Source: Ignavibacteria bacterium
GTDB taxonomy: Bacteria; Bacteroidota; Ignavibacteria; Kapaibacteriales; UBA4661
Length of the DNA: 64,000 nucleotides
Direction of reading: 5' to 3'
Assembly: GCA_013298775.1 (NCBI GenBank)
Contig: JAAFIV010000003.1
Span: 141,460 to 205,459, forward strand
Numbering within the stretch: position 1 is the first letter of the stretch; each line of letters begins with the position of its first letter. The position numbers were made by a program, and so were the translations under genes. The notes below the pieces were generated by a model. That model was not told the DNA's origin. It saw nothing but the letters and a program-made list of their open reading frames with translations, and did not search any database. This document shows positions 47,778-57,313 of the stretch, piece after piece.

Positions 47778-50700
47778 ATGTCCACGTCCACCGCGCCTCT
47801 TTCCGCTTCAGATACCGCACAATCGGCTGCACTTCGCGAAAGCCTTGGAAATTCGCTGCTCATCAATACCGTCAAACTTTTTTCGTTGCTTGCGAAGGCG
47901 GACAGCAATGTTACGCAGGCAGAGCGCGACTACGTGCGGTTTTACTTGGACTCCATCTACCACGCGCCCGTTGCACAGTATTTGTACGAGCAGTTTGAAG
48001 TATTTGTTGAGGCAAATATTGATGCTGAAGCTGCCGCAGCGCAGATACGGACTGGCTTTTCGTATGAAAATCGCGTGTTTATTTTGATGAAAGTCTATGA
48101 GCTTGCCGCTTCCGATAGCATGGACGATATTGAGCGCGAAACAGCCCGCAAAATCGGACGCATGGTTGGGCTTGCCGATGCTGATATTTGCTTTGTCGAA
48201 AGCATCTACGACCTTCCTTCCAATGAAACCTTAGAAATTGCAAAAGGCTCGGAAATTGTCTCCATCCACATCGGCGACGACGCGCATCTGTTCGATATTG
48301 TGCTGCCCTTTCCGCTTTTGGATGTTGAGATTTTCAAGATTCGTAGCATTTACATTATTCTTCAGAAAAACGACCGCCATCCCGTGAAAGTAGGCGGTGT
48401 GGCGATTGCAGGAAAAACCTCGCGCAACCTGCTGAACGCCACGAAAATCCAGCATAATCAGTCTATTTCGGTCAATGAGTACACCGTCAATTTTGAAGAC
48501 CTGAGCTATTATTTTCAGCTCAAAACCAAGACCCTGCTTGGCTTCGCGCTGTTTGTCTCGCGGCGAATCAACGTGGATAGAAAAACCACCGAGTTTGTGC
48601 TTTCGCAAATGCCGAGCATGGACGACGTGATGCTGATTGAATTTACCAAGCTCTTTATCATCCTCACACCGCTTGGTGTAACGGATTCGGACTTGGGCAA
48701 ACTCGCCAACGAGCTTGTTGTGAACGGGCGCGTGGTGGAAAATCAAATCTACGTGAATTTGAACGACAGCGTACTGATTGGAAATTGTCCTATCAATTTG
48801 CGCAAACTCGCCTTCCAGTATGGCTTGGAAAGTGAAGTGTTCAAATTCGACCCCAAGCAAGATTCCGTCACGTTTGGGAACTATATCGGTTCGGATGTTT
48901 TCTTCAACGACGGGTTAATAAAACGCTGGCAAATCAAGGTTTCACGCGCCGAGAAGGGCAACGAGGTGGAATATACGTTGCATCCCGAAGGCTGCCCGCA
49001 TCGCATCGGCATCAATGGTGAAGCCGTTTCCAAGCCAACGGTCGTGAATGCGGAGGCGCATATTTTTATTGCCAAGCAAGTCTTTCATTGCTCGTTTCAA
49101 GGCGGTTTGGTGCGTTCAGAACCGTTCCGCTTCCGTGATTTTATCGCAAGCGGCGTGCGGTATTGCTTTCAAGACAACACGCTCGCGCTGGACGACGTTT
49201 CCTTTGAAATTGACTACGGCGACCTTGTTGCCGTGATGGGACCCTCTGGCTGCGGTAAATCCACGCTTCTGAATATCATCAACGGCTACAACAAGCCCAA
49301 CGATGGCAATATCGAAATCAACGCCTACGACCTGCACCGTGAATACTCCGCCCTGAAGGATTATCTCGGCTACGTACCGCAAGACGACTTGCTTTTCGAG
49401 AATTTGACCGTCTTCGAGAATCTCTACTACAATGCGAAACTGCGCCATCCCGACATGACCGAAGAAGAAGTTACGCAGCTTGTCCAGCAAACCTTGATAG
49501 ATATTGACCTCGTAGAAAAGCGCGACATCAAGGCGGGAAGCCCCACGCAGCGCACCTTGTCGGGCGGGCAACGCAAGCGCGTAAACATTGGTCTTGAGCT
49601 TCTGGCGGATGCGGATGTGTATTTTCTTGACGAGCCAACATCGGGCTTGTCGTCGAAGGATTCTGAGAAAATTATTGAACTACTGCAACGCCTCACGCTC
49701 AAAGGGAAAATCGTGTTTGTGGTCATTCACCAGCCAAGCTCGAAAATTTACAAGATGTTTAGCAAAATTCTCTTCCTCGACAAGGGCGGAAAAACGGCGT
49801 TCTTTGGCGATAGTATGGCGGCGTTGGCGTATTTCAAAACGCACTCTGCCGAATCGCACATTTCCTCAACGCCCATCAATCCTGAGGCGGCGGCGGCAAT
49901 GGTGGAATGTCCCGTCTGCAAAAACGTGGAGCCAGATTTGCTCTTGGAAACGCTTGAAGAACCGCTCCGCGACATTGACGGTGTGCCGCTTTCGCAGCGC
50001 AAATACGCGCCGAATTATTGGAAAGAAAAGTTTTTGGAATTCCGCGCTTCCGTGCATCGTTTGACGATTGAGGACAGTGAGCGTGTATCGCTGCCGCCCC
50101 CGAAAATGCTTGCTCCGAAGGAAAAATGGGCGCAGTTCCGTGCTTTGCTTACACGCAATTTCACGAACAAATTCCGCGACCGCTCGAACCTCATTATCAC
50201 GTTCTTGGAAGCACCTGTTTTGGCGATTGCTGTTGCGTTTATTTTGCGCCACGCGCCTGGATTCGGCGTGGAATATAGCTTCTTCCAAAACGACAACGTT
50301 CTGATTTACATCTTTCTTTCGGTAATTATTTCCACCTTTTTGGCAATCACGAACAGCATTGATGAAATCATCAAAGATGCAGCAATCCTGCTCCGTGAGC
50401 GGATGTTGAACATTGGGAATCTGAGTTATTATGCCTCGAAGTTCATTACCTTGCTCGTTTTTGCAGTTTTGCAGAATGTCCTCTTTGTGGCGTTTTCCTT
50501 CCCGATTCTGCAACTGCAAGAATTGTATGTGCAATATGTTCTGTTCTTGACGCTCGTTTCGGTCAATGGTTTGGCGTTGGGGTTGCTGGTGTCGGCATTT
50601 CCCAATCTCTCGTCCAAAGCTGCATTCAACATTGTTCCGCTTATTTTGATTCCGCAAATTATTTTCGGCGGTGCGCTCATTTCCTTTAGCGAAATGGACC

Positions 50701-51410
50701 ACTTGAAAATCAATCCAACCCGCGAAATTCCTGAGATTTGCCAAGTAATTCCGGCTCGCTGGGCGTATGAAGGCATGATGACGATGCAAGACCGTTTCAA
50801 CAGTTTTCAATCAACCGATGACGAACTCCAAAGCCGCGCCAATGGTGTGCTTGCGGTCTATGATACCCGCGACGCTGCCGTAAAAGAGCGCGATGCCTTG
50901 CTTGCGCAGGATTCAAGCGCGAATGCGACCAATGCAGGCGCAAAAACAAGCACAAAGACAAGCGCGAACCAAGCACGCATCACAGAGCTAAATGCAAGCA
51001 TTGAAGCGGCACAGCAGCGCATTGGCGAATACGAGCGCAATAAAGCGGGCTTGGATTCGTTAATTGAAAAACATCGTTTGGGTTATCAGGATAAGTACGG
51101 CAATCAGGAAATCCATCGTCAAATCATGGAAGCGCAAGACAAACTCCGCGAGATTTTAAGCCGCACCGACAGCCTGACGCAAAAACCAATCGTCGAAAAA
51201 AGCTCGGTGAATTTGATTCATTACCCGCTTCTGATTAGCGACAAACGTGTGCCGCTCACACAAATCACGATTCCGACGATTTTTTACAACTCGTTTGTTT
51301 TGCTCATCATCACGCTCGCAGCCGTCGGCGCGGCACTGGTGATGCTAAGTTTGCGCGAGCGCATTTTGGATGCCTTCTTCCGCTTGACCAAAATGTTCCA
51401 GCGAAAGTAA
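47778..51410 (+). CDS. Multidomain ABC transporter: TerB-like N-terminal domain, two FHA-like segments, ABCG-type ATPase, ABC-2 permease and a C-terminal coiled coil with a final TM
   Basis: LINTVKLFSLLAKADSNVTQAERDYV (TerB-like), GPSGCGKSTLLNII (Walker A), LSGGQRKRVNIGLEL (signature), VYFLDEPTSGL (Walker B), then six TM helices and an AQQRIGEYERNKAGLDSLIEK coiled coil. Confidence 0.75.
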   Translation: MSTSTAPLSASDTAQSAALRESLGNSLLINTVKLFSLLAKADSNVTQAERDYVRFYLDSIYHAPVAQYLYEQFEVFVEANIDAEAAAAQIRTGFSYENRVFILMKVYELAASDSMDDIERETARKIGRMVGLADADICFVESIYDLPSNETLEIAKGSEIVSIHIGDDAHLFDIVLPFPLLDVEIFKIRSIYIILQKNDRHPVKVGGVAIAGKTSRNLLNATKIQHNQSISVNEYTVNFEDLSYYFQLKTKTLLGFALFVSRRINVDRKTTEFVLSQMPSMDDVMLIEFTKLFIILTPLGVTDSDLGKLANELVVNGRVVENQIYVNLNDSVLIGNCPINLRKLAFQYGLESEVFKFDPKQDSVTFGNYIGSDVFFNDGLIKRWQIKVSRAEKGNEVEYTLHPEGCPHRIGINGEAVSKPTVVNAEAHIFIAKQVFHCSFQGGLVRSEPFRFRDFIASGVRYCFQDNTLALDDVSFEIDYGDLVAVMGPSGCGKSTLLNIINGYNKPNDGNIEINAYDLHREYSALKDYLGYVPQDDLLFENLTVFENLYYNAKLRHPDMTEEEVTQLVQQTLIDIDLVEKRDIKAGSPTQRTLSGGQRKRVNIGLELLADADVYFLDEPTSGLSSKDSEKIIELLQRLTLKGKIVFVVIHQPSSKIYKMFSKILFLDKGGKTAFFGDSMAALAYFKTHSAESHISSTPINPEAAAAMVECPVCKNVEPDLLLETLEEPLRDIDGVPLSQRKYAPNYWKEKFLEFRASVHRLTIEDSERVSLPPPKMLAPKEKWAQFRALLTRNFTNKFRDRSNLIITFLEAPVLAIAVAFILRHAPGFGVEYSFFQNDNVLIYIFLSVIISTFLAITNSIDEIIKDAAILLRERMLNIGNLSYYASKFITLLVFAVLQNVLFVAFSFPILQLQELYVQYVLFLTLVSVNGLALGLLVSAFPNLSSKAAFNIVPLILIPQIIFGGALISFSEMDHLKINPTREIPEICQVIPARWAYEGMMTMQDRFNSFQSTDDELQSRANGVLAVYDTRDAAVKERDALLAQDSSANATNAGAKTSTKTSANQARITELNASIEAAQQRIGEYERNKAGLDSLIEKHRLGYQDKYGNQEIHRQIMEAQDKLREILSRTDSLTQKPIVEKSSVNLIHYPLLISDKRVPLTQITIPTIFYNSFVLLIITLAAVGAALVMLSLRERILDAFFRLTKMFQRK

Positions 51411-51430
51411 TGCTTTTTTGCGTAGTTTTG

Positions 51431-51534
51431 TGTGAGTTTGGTGTGAGGGTCTCGCTTCCTCAGCGAGGCTCTCACTTCCTCACCACAATCTATTACCGAA
51501 GTGAGACCCTCGCTTGAGAAGCGAGAGCCTCACA
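51431..51534. repeat. Family-6 repeat cluster
   Basis: gtgagggtctcgcttcctcagcgaggctctcacttcctcacc ... gtgagaccctcgcttgagaagcgagagcctcacacc. Confidence 0.75.
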
Positions 51535-51570
51535 CCAACAACAATTCTCCACCAATTTCCCCAGAAAGCT

Positions 51571-52257
51571 ATGGAAACCTCTTCACTCTCGCCAAAGCAA
51601 GGATTTACGCGCCATGCAGCTCTTTTGCTCATGGTAGCTTGTGCCGCACTCACGATGCAGTCCTGCTCGCGCAGTGAAGAAGCGCGGAATGCTTCGCAAG
51701 GCTCATCAAATCAAGAAACACAGGCTGCTGGAATGGGCATGGAAAATGCGATGGACGAGAAATCGAAATCCGCAGCAGCAACGGCAAAAGTCTTCGCGCT
51801 GCAAAAAGTAGATACACCGCAAAACGGCAAACGTGCTGATTTTGCATGGCTGGAAGGCAAAAAGACCGTCAAACTTTCGGAAGTATCGTCGGGCAAGCCA
51901 GTCTTTATCAACTTCTGGGCAACGTGGTGTCCGCCGTGCCGCCGCGAATTGCCAGATATTGTGGAATTGCAAAAAGAATACGGCACGAAAGTTGTATTTA
52001 TTGGCGTTGCCTTTGAGAACGAATCGAAAGCCTCAAAAGCCGCACCACTTGTGAGTTCATTCGCACAAAAAAATAATCTTGGCTACGTTAATATCGTTGG
52101 CGATGAGGAATTAGTCGGGAAAATTTCTGCTGCCTATGGCAATGTGGAAGCCCTTCCCACAACCTTTGTGATTGACAAAAACGGCGTGGTGCTGGAAAAG
52201 CTCGTCGGCGGACGCTCGAAAGAAGACTTTCTCGCGGCATTGAAGAAAGTGTTGTAA
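51571..52257 (+). CDS. TlpA-like thiol:disulfide oxidoreductase lipoprotein (thioredoxin fold)
   Basis: WATWCPPCRRELP active site and a lipoprotein-like signal (LTMQSC). Confidence 0.75.
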   Translation: METSSLSPKQGFTRHAALLLMVACAALTMQSCSRSEEARNASQGSSNQETQAAGMGMENAMDEKSKSAAATAKVFALQKVDTPQNGKRADFAWLEGKKTVKLSEVSSGKPVFINFWATWCPPCRRELPDIVELQKEYGTKVVFIGVAFENESKASKAAPLVSSFAQKNNLGYVNIVGDEELVGKISAAYGNVEALPTTFVIDKNGVVLEKLVGGRSKEDFLAALKKVL

Positions 52258-52288
52258 CTATTCAGGTCTCAGGCAATTTCACTCATTT

Positions 52289-52393
52289 GCCCCCTTGATA
52301 AAGGGGGAACGGGGGATTTGCTCATGTGAAACGAGTGATTTGAAGCGGTGTTGAACCACAATAATCCCCCGTTCCCCCTTTATCAAGGGGGCG
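52289..52393. repeat. Family-5 inverted pair (GCCCCCTTGATAAAGGGGGAACGGGGGATT ... AATCCCCCGTTCCCCCTTTATCAAGGGGGC). Second copy at 62016-62117.
   Basis: Direct reading at both loci. Confidence 0.8.
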
Positions 52394-52643
52394 AATGCGA
52401 CAACATTTCTGTTGCGTACCTGAAATAGTTGTAAAAAAGCGTTGTAACCTGCCTTATTTCCACGCTTTAAACCTTCCTTGCTTGTATGCTCTCTTACAGG
52501 AAGTTCGCTGATGAAGAACTTGTGAAAAAGTTATGCAAAGACTTTGAAAAGGTTTTGAAAAGCGCATGAGAAAGTGTATCTTTTCGCAAAACTGATGAAA
52601 AAAATTATTACTTACATTATATCACAGAATTGAAGGACATGGC

Positions 52644-53342
52644 ATGAAATCAAGAGTTTGTATGGTGCTGGGTGTGCTGGCGGGATATATGCTTGCTCTT
52701 ACGCCATCGTTTGCGCAGAAAATCGTGAACTTTGAGGGTGTCGTCGTTTTTAAGAAAAAGGGCGAAACGGCTGGTGTTGTGGATTCCGTCTCCATGCGTC
52801 TGTACATCAAAGGCGATAAATTTATGGCGGAGGATGTAAACGATGCAAACCAACCTCGCATTATTGTTGATACCAAGAAGAAGTCTATTTTCATGATAAC
52901 CGACCGCAGCCGTGAGTATATGCAAATGCCCACGCCACCTGCACCACCAACGGTTCCAGCTCGTCCGCCACAAAAAACAGGAAAAACTGACCAAATGGCG
53001 GGTCATGCTTGCGAACAATGGCTCGAAAAGACGGGCGATACCGATATGGAACTCTGGACTTCCAATGACCTTGGAAAGCTCTCGCTGCCAAGCGGGACAA
53101 TGGGTGTGAATCTCATTTCATCGCAAAACATGGCAACATTTCTGAAAAACAGTAATATGTTTCCGATGTTGTTTTTGGAGCGCAACAAAGGCGGGCGTGA
53201 AATCACGCGTCTTGAGGTTGTGAGCGTGGAGAAAAAGACCTTGAATGAAGCGGTCTTTGAGCCACCGCAAGGATATAGCAAAATGACCGTTCCATCGGAA
53301 GTACCAAACCCCGCGGATACTGGTAAAAAGAAGAAAAAATAA
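52644..53342 (+). CDS. Secreted hypothetical protein (DUF4412-like) with a Pro-rich linker and a Lys-rich C-terminus
   Basis: Signal peptide. No catalytic motifs. Confidence 0.4.
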   Translation: MKSRVCMVLGVLAGYMLALTPSFAQKIVNFEGVVVFKKKGETAGVVDSVSMRLYIKGDKFMAEDVNDANQPRIIVDTKKKSIFMITDRSREYMQMPTPPAPPTVPARPPQKTGKTDQMAGHACEQWLEKTGDTDMELWTSNDLGKLSLPSGTMGVNLISSQNMATFLKNSNMFPMLFLERNKGGREITRLEVVSVEKKTLNEAVFEPPQGYSKMTVPSEVPNPADTGKKKKK

Positions 53343-53361
53343 GCGAAAACCTTTATCCAAC

Positions 53362-53397
53362 AAAAAAGCCATATCAACAGCGATATGGCTTTTTTTG
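53362..53397 (+). terminator. Rho-independent terminator (AGCCATATC-AACAGC-GATATGGCT then TTTTTTGTT)
   Basis: 9-bp perfect stem plus a T-run, read directly after the stop at 53342. Confidence 0.7.
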
Positions 53398-53759
53398 TTC
53401 TGCACATTTTCGTGTGAGGACTTTCGCAAATGGCGTAGATATGAGTGTCGTATCTTTCAATATCAATCTCCACATAGAGTGGCGATGTGGTAACAGAAAG
53501 AGACATGAAGAGTATGCTTTCACAAGAGAGAGAAGTATTGCAAGAGCCAAGAAAAAAGGACTTCGTTGCCTTCGTATCGCAAAATGCAGCCTTTTTTGCA
53601 CGTCTGGTGTGGTGGCTTATGAACTGTTCAAGGTCAATCAATGAAGTCCAATGAGTGGTCATCTCTCATCTGCGACGACTTTTTTTGTCAGACCCTATTG
53701 GTGATGTTTCTCCTCTCATGGTCTTCTCTTGGGCGCATTGATACTCGAATGCACAAAAG

Positions 53760-54089
53760 CTAGATTTGAAGCGTATCCGGCACATCTACTTCCATGAGCA
53801 ACATCGCCGAAGCGATTGCTTTTCCTTGCGCGTCGAGCTTGAGGGAAACGGTGCCGCCGCCGCCCAGCGTGTTGTTCAGCACGAAATTTAATGCCCAGAT
53901 ATTGGGCAATTCGTAGCGTTCTACTTCGCCCAAGCACACGCCACGAAAATGCTCTTGGACGCGCTCTTTGGTCAAAATGTCGCGCAAAAGCGGGTACCAT
54001 TCTTCTTTGTACGCGATTACGCCGCAGTTTGCGGCATCGCCTTTGTCGCCACTGCGGGCATGGGCAAGTTTGGAAAGGGGAATACGCAT
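53760..54089 (-). CDS. Small hypothetical protein (~109 aa, DUF4387-like?)
   Basis: ORF from MRIPLSKLAHARSGDKGD. Weak family resemblance only. Confidence 0.3.
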   Translation of the reverse strand: MRIPLSKLAHARSGDKGDAANCGVIAYKEEWYPLLRDILTKERVQEHFRGVCLGEVERYELPNIWALNFVLNNTLGGGGTVSLKLDAQGKAIASAMLLMEVDVPDTLQI

Positions 54090-54181
54090 AATTCGTTCTA
54101 AATAAAGGAGAAAAAAGATGGGAAAACGTTCAGAGAAACTGTATTTTTGCGGACGAAAATTTTTGCTGTCGCACATTCTTT

Positions 54182-54266
54182 GGCTTCGGTAGCACAGACA
54201 CTCCTATCTGTGCAAGCTGGCGAATAGTGCGTCAAATCTGCGCAGACAGGAGTGTCTGCGCTACCT
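54182..54266. repeat. Family-3 element, circularly permuted order (GGCTTCGGTA-hairpin2 ... hairpin1-TACC)
   Basis: ggcttcggtagcacagacactcctatctgtgc ... gcgcagacaggagtgtctgcgctacc. Confidence 0.75.
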
Positions 54267-54376
54267 ACTTGACAGAGTTTGCTCATACGCCATCCACATA
54301 AAAATACTGAAATTTCCCAACAAACCTCGTTGTTCTGCGAGATTTGTTCCATTTTTATCGTTTTTTCTTCTTAATT

Positions 54377-55120
54377 ATGTCTAAACTTTCTGGTAAAATT
54401 GCCCTCGTAACGGGCGGCTCGCGTGGCATTGGCGAAGCGATTGTCCGCCGTCTCGCGGCGGACGGTGCAACGGTATTTTTTACCTTCAATTCCAGTCCCG
54501 ATAAAGCAAATGCCGTTGCCGCAGAAATTGGTGCAACCGCGCTCCAAGCCGATGTTGCGAATGCTGATTCCGTTACAAACCTCATCAAAACAGTGCTGGA
54601 GCATCCCGCCAATACGACTAAGCGCGTGGATATTCTCGTGAACAATGCTGGCATCACGAAGGACACGCTGGTCTTGCGCATGAGCGAAAACGACTGGGAT
54701 AGCGTGATTGATACGAACTTGAAAGGCGCGTTTCTAATGAGCAAAGCCGTGTGCAAGCCGATGATGAGCCAACGCGCAGGGAAAATTGTCAATATCGGTT
54801 CGATTGTCGGCATTACGGGCAATGCGGGACAGGTCAATTACTCTGCGTCCAAAGCTGGACTTATCGGACTGACAAAATCCTTTGCGAAGGAATTGGCATC
54901 TCGAAATATTTTAGTAAATTGCGTTGCTCCGGGCTACATTGATACCGACATGACGGCGAAAATTACCGACGAGCAGAAAAAAGCTCTGCAAGGAAATATA
55001 CCGCTCGGCAGAACGGCGCAACCTGCGGAAATCGCATCGGTGGTGAGCTTTCTCGCTTCGGATGATGCCTCGTACATCACCGCGCAGACGATTGTGGTGG
55101 ATGGCGGTTTAGCAGCGTAA
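54377..55120 (+). CDS. fabG: 3-oxoacyl-[acyl-carrier-protein] reductase
   Basis: GKIALVTGGSRGIGEAI Rossmann motif, the YSASKAG catalytic motif, and a position directly upstream of acpP. Confidence 0.9.
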   Translation: MSKLSGKIALVTGGSRGIGEAIVRRLAADGATVFFTFNSSPDKANAVAAEIGATALQADVANADSVTNLIKTVLEHPANTTKRVDILVNNAGITKDTLVLRMSENDWDSVIDTNLKGAFLMSKAVCKPMMSQRAGKIVNIGSIVGITGNAGQVNYSASKAGLIGLTKSFAKELASRNILVNCVAPGYIDTDMTAKITDEQKKALQGNIPLGRTAQPAEIASVVSFLASDDASYITAQTIVVDGGLAA

Positions 55121-55183
55121 TTTCTTTTCGATAATACCTTTATTTTTTAATCACTGTATTCTTCACTTTTTGAAGGTTTTACT

Positions 55184-55417
55184 ATGTCTATCGCAGAACG
55201 CGTTACAAAAATTATTGTGGATAAATTGGGCGTTGAAGAGTCCCAAATTACCAATGACGCTTCCTTTACCAACGATTTAGGGGCTGATTCGCTTGATACC
55301 GTTGAGCTTATCATGGAATTTGAAAAAGAATTCAATGTAACCATCGAAGACAGCGACGCAGAGAAAATTCAAACCGTTGGCGACGCGGTAAAATATCTCG
55401 AAGCTAAAGCAAAATAA
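55184..55417 (+). CDS. acpP: Acyl carrier protein
   Basis: 77 aa. The phosphopantetheine-attachment motif [16 protein letters not shown] is present. Confidence 0.95.
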   Translation: MSIAERVTKIIVDKLGVEESQITNDASFTNDLGADSLDTVELIMEFEKEFNVTIEDSDAEKIQTVGDAVKYLEAKAK

Positions 55418-55443
55418 CAACTCAGCTTTCACGCTTATTTCAA

Positions 55444-55502
55444 CTTTCCAAGTTGCGGATGTGCTTACGAACAAGCATTCATCGGGCTTGGAAAGTTTTT
55501 TT
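55444..55502 (+). terminator. Terminator hairpin (CTTTCCAAG ... CTTGGAAAG followed by TTTTTTTAT) after acpP
   Basis: Direct reading. Confidence 0.55.
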
Positions 55503-55514
55503 ATGGTAGTTCCT

Positions 55515-55624
55515 CTCGCCCCGGGCGGCTGAAGAGTGCAAGCACAGTGCCGTCCGGCGAGTGGGTCGCTTGTAAAACACCCGACGGACGGCTACTGCGC
55601 TTGTGATAACAGCCGCCCGACGGG
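55515..55624. repeat. Family-1 element, orientation B
   Basis: CGCCCCGGGCGGCTGAAGAGTGCAAGCACAGTGCCGTCCGGCGAGTGG-GTCGCTTGTAAAACA-CCCGACGGACGGCTACTGCGCTTGTGATAACAGCCGCCCGACGGG. Confidence 0.85.
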
Positions 55625-55654
55625 AAATACCTCATTAAAATTTGTCGCCAAACT

Positions 55655-57115
55655 ATGCAACCCCAAATGCAATCTCAATCTCTCCAACACAAGATTCTAC
55701 GAGCTTTTTGCGCCATTTTTTTCACCACTGCCTGTCTTTGTGTGCTCAGTGCGTGTAGTTCGGCTGTGAACTTGGGTGCGTACTTGAAAACGCTGCCCGA
55801 ATCCAGCACTGCCGAGCGCATTACCACAACAAAAATTCCTTACCCGATAGTATTGCTGCATGGTTTGGGGCAAAAAGCAACCGTTTGGGATGCTTTTGCG
55901 GTGCGCTATTACGAAGAAGAAATTGGGCTGAATCACGGCGGTATTTTGCGTAAAGTGAACGGCAAAGCAACGCTCGACACCAAGCTAGATGCGCGTTCTA
56001 CGACGAATCTTCCCGTGACGGGTAAGGATGCAAAAACGCGCACCGCCGACTTTTTCACGGTTGCTTTTTCCAATCCAGCAGATTCCATCGGTGCGTGGGA
56101 GCGGGAGTTGGAGGAGTTTTTGCCACTTGTTTTTCAGCGCACGAAGGCAGACAAAGTAATTTTGATTGGCTACAGCATGGGCGGCGTAACGGCACGGTAT
56201 TACCTCACGCAGCACCTGAACGACCACCGCACCGAGCGCATTGTTTCAATTGGCTCGCCGCATCAAGGCTCGCCCTACGCGCAAGTATTTAAGTGGAAAA
56301 GCTCTATTCAAGAAAAGCTGAAAGATGCGAATTTTATTATGAAGCCGATTCTGGAAAAAGGCTTGGATATGTTCAACGGCATGGAAGAAGGCGTACCCGC
56401 CGACGCGCCCGCCGTGCGAGATTTGATGCGCCCTGAGGACGGTGGCGCGTTTATGTCGCGGACGGTCTTGCTCGCGCACCCGTTGGATGTGGATTACGTG
56501 AGCGTGGTCGGGAAGGTGGATTTATTCAAGGAAGGCGCGTGGTCGAAGGCGGGCGCGATGGATATTTTGCGGCGTGTGCTGGCTGCGATTGGCTATGGCG
56601 GCGTGGAATCGTTGTTTGAATCAGGCGACGGTGTTGTGAGCGCGAAAAGCCAGACCATGAGCGAGCTTCCTTGGTTTCAGGTGGATAAACGCCGTCAGAA
56701 AATTTCCCGCACGATTGCGCTGCCAACCGTTCACGCCGACCACTTGAAGCAAAGCAACGAGATTCAACGCCTCTCGCTGGAGGACAAACCAGAATTTAAG
56801 GGCGCGGATTTTTATCGCAACACCGACGGTACGCAAGCCCGCTTGGTTGTTGAGTTCGTGGATTATCTGCCGCCCGCAAAATGTGGCGTGGATGTGGTAA
56901 TTGACCCCGACAAAGGCGAAAAACAGCGCGTGATGATTCCCCAAAGCGATATTTCGCTTGTGCGCAAAAAGAATGGCAGCATCGTCGCACAAGCAGTGAT
57001 GCCGCTTCCTCAAAGCATAGATTGGTCGCGTCCAGCAGATTTGGAAATAATTATTCGCAATACCTTTGGGAATACGACGGTAACGAGCAAAAGCTGGTCG
57101 CCGCGTAATCCTTGA
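55655..57115 (+). CDS. Secreted lipoprotein alpha/beta hydrolase, lipase-like (GxSxG)
   Basis: A lipobox-like LSACSS and the nucleophile elbow LIGYSMGGVTARYYL. Confidence 0.6.
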   Translation: MQPQMQSQSLQHKILRAFCAIFFTTACLCVLSACSSAVNLGAYLKTLPESSTAERITTTKIPYPIVLLHGLGQKATVWDAFAVRYYEEEIGLNHGGILRKVNGKATLDTKLDARSTTNLPVTGKDAKTRTADFFTVAFSNPADSIGAWERELEEFLPLVFQRTKADKVILIGYSMGGVTARYYLTQHLNDHRTERIVSIGSPHQGSPYAQVFKWKSSIQEKLKDANFIMKPILEKGLDMFNGMEEGVPADAPAVRDLMRPEDGGAFMSRTVLLAHPLDVDYVSVVGKVDLFKEGAWSKAGAMDILRRVLAAIGYGGVESLFESGDGVVSAKSQTMSELPWFQVDKRRQKISRTIALPTVHADHLKQSNEIQRLSLEDKPEFKGADFYRNTDGTQARLVVEFVDYLPPAKCGVDVVIDPDKGEKQRVMIPQSDISLVRKKNGSIVAQAVMPLPQSIDWSRPADLEIIIRNTFGNTTVTSKSWSPRNP

Positions 57116-57130
57116 TGTTTACTTGGTGAT

Positions 57131-57275
57131 AACTGGTCCGGTGTCTTCTCGTCGGGCGGCTGTTGTCACAAGAGCAATAGCCGTCCGGCGAGTGCTATGC
57201 AAGCGACCAACTCGCCGGACGGCAGCGTTTCTGCACTCCTCAGCCGCCCGATGAGAAGATAGCTGACCAGCTACA
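57131..57275. repeat. Family-1 element, orientation A, with outer inverted repeat AACTGGTCCGG / GCTGACCAGCT
   Basis: CTCGTCGGGCGGCTGTTGTCACAAGAGCAATAGCCGTCCGGCGAGTG-CTATGCAAGCGACCAA-CTCGCCGGACGGCAGCGTTTCTGCACTCCTCAGCCGCCCGATGAG. Confidence 0.85.
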
Positions 57276-57313
57276 ATTGGTGTTTAAAAGCGTTCGTCAT
57301 CGGCAATGAATTT

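Noticed and set aside
53400-53760. ~360-bp gap without convincing ORFs between the DUF4412-like gene and the next minus-strand gene. Considered as a possible ncRNA locus.
   Set aside because: No recognisable RNA family features (no RNase P, tmRNA, SRP, 6S or riboswitch cores) and no strong promoter-plus-terminator pair. Only a weak TGCAAAA/TTTTGCA hairpin was found. The 219-aa ORF track entry here looks random.
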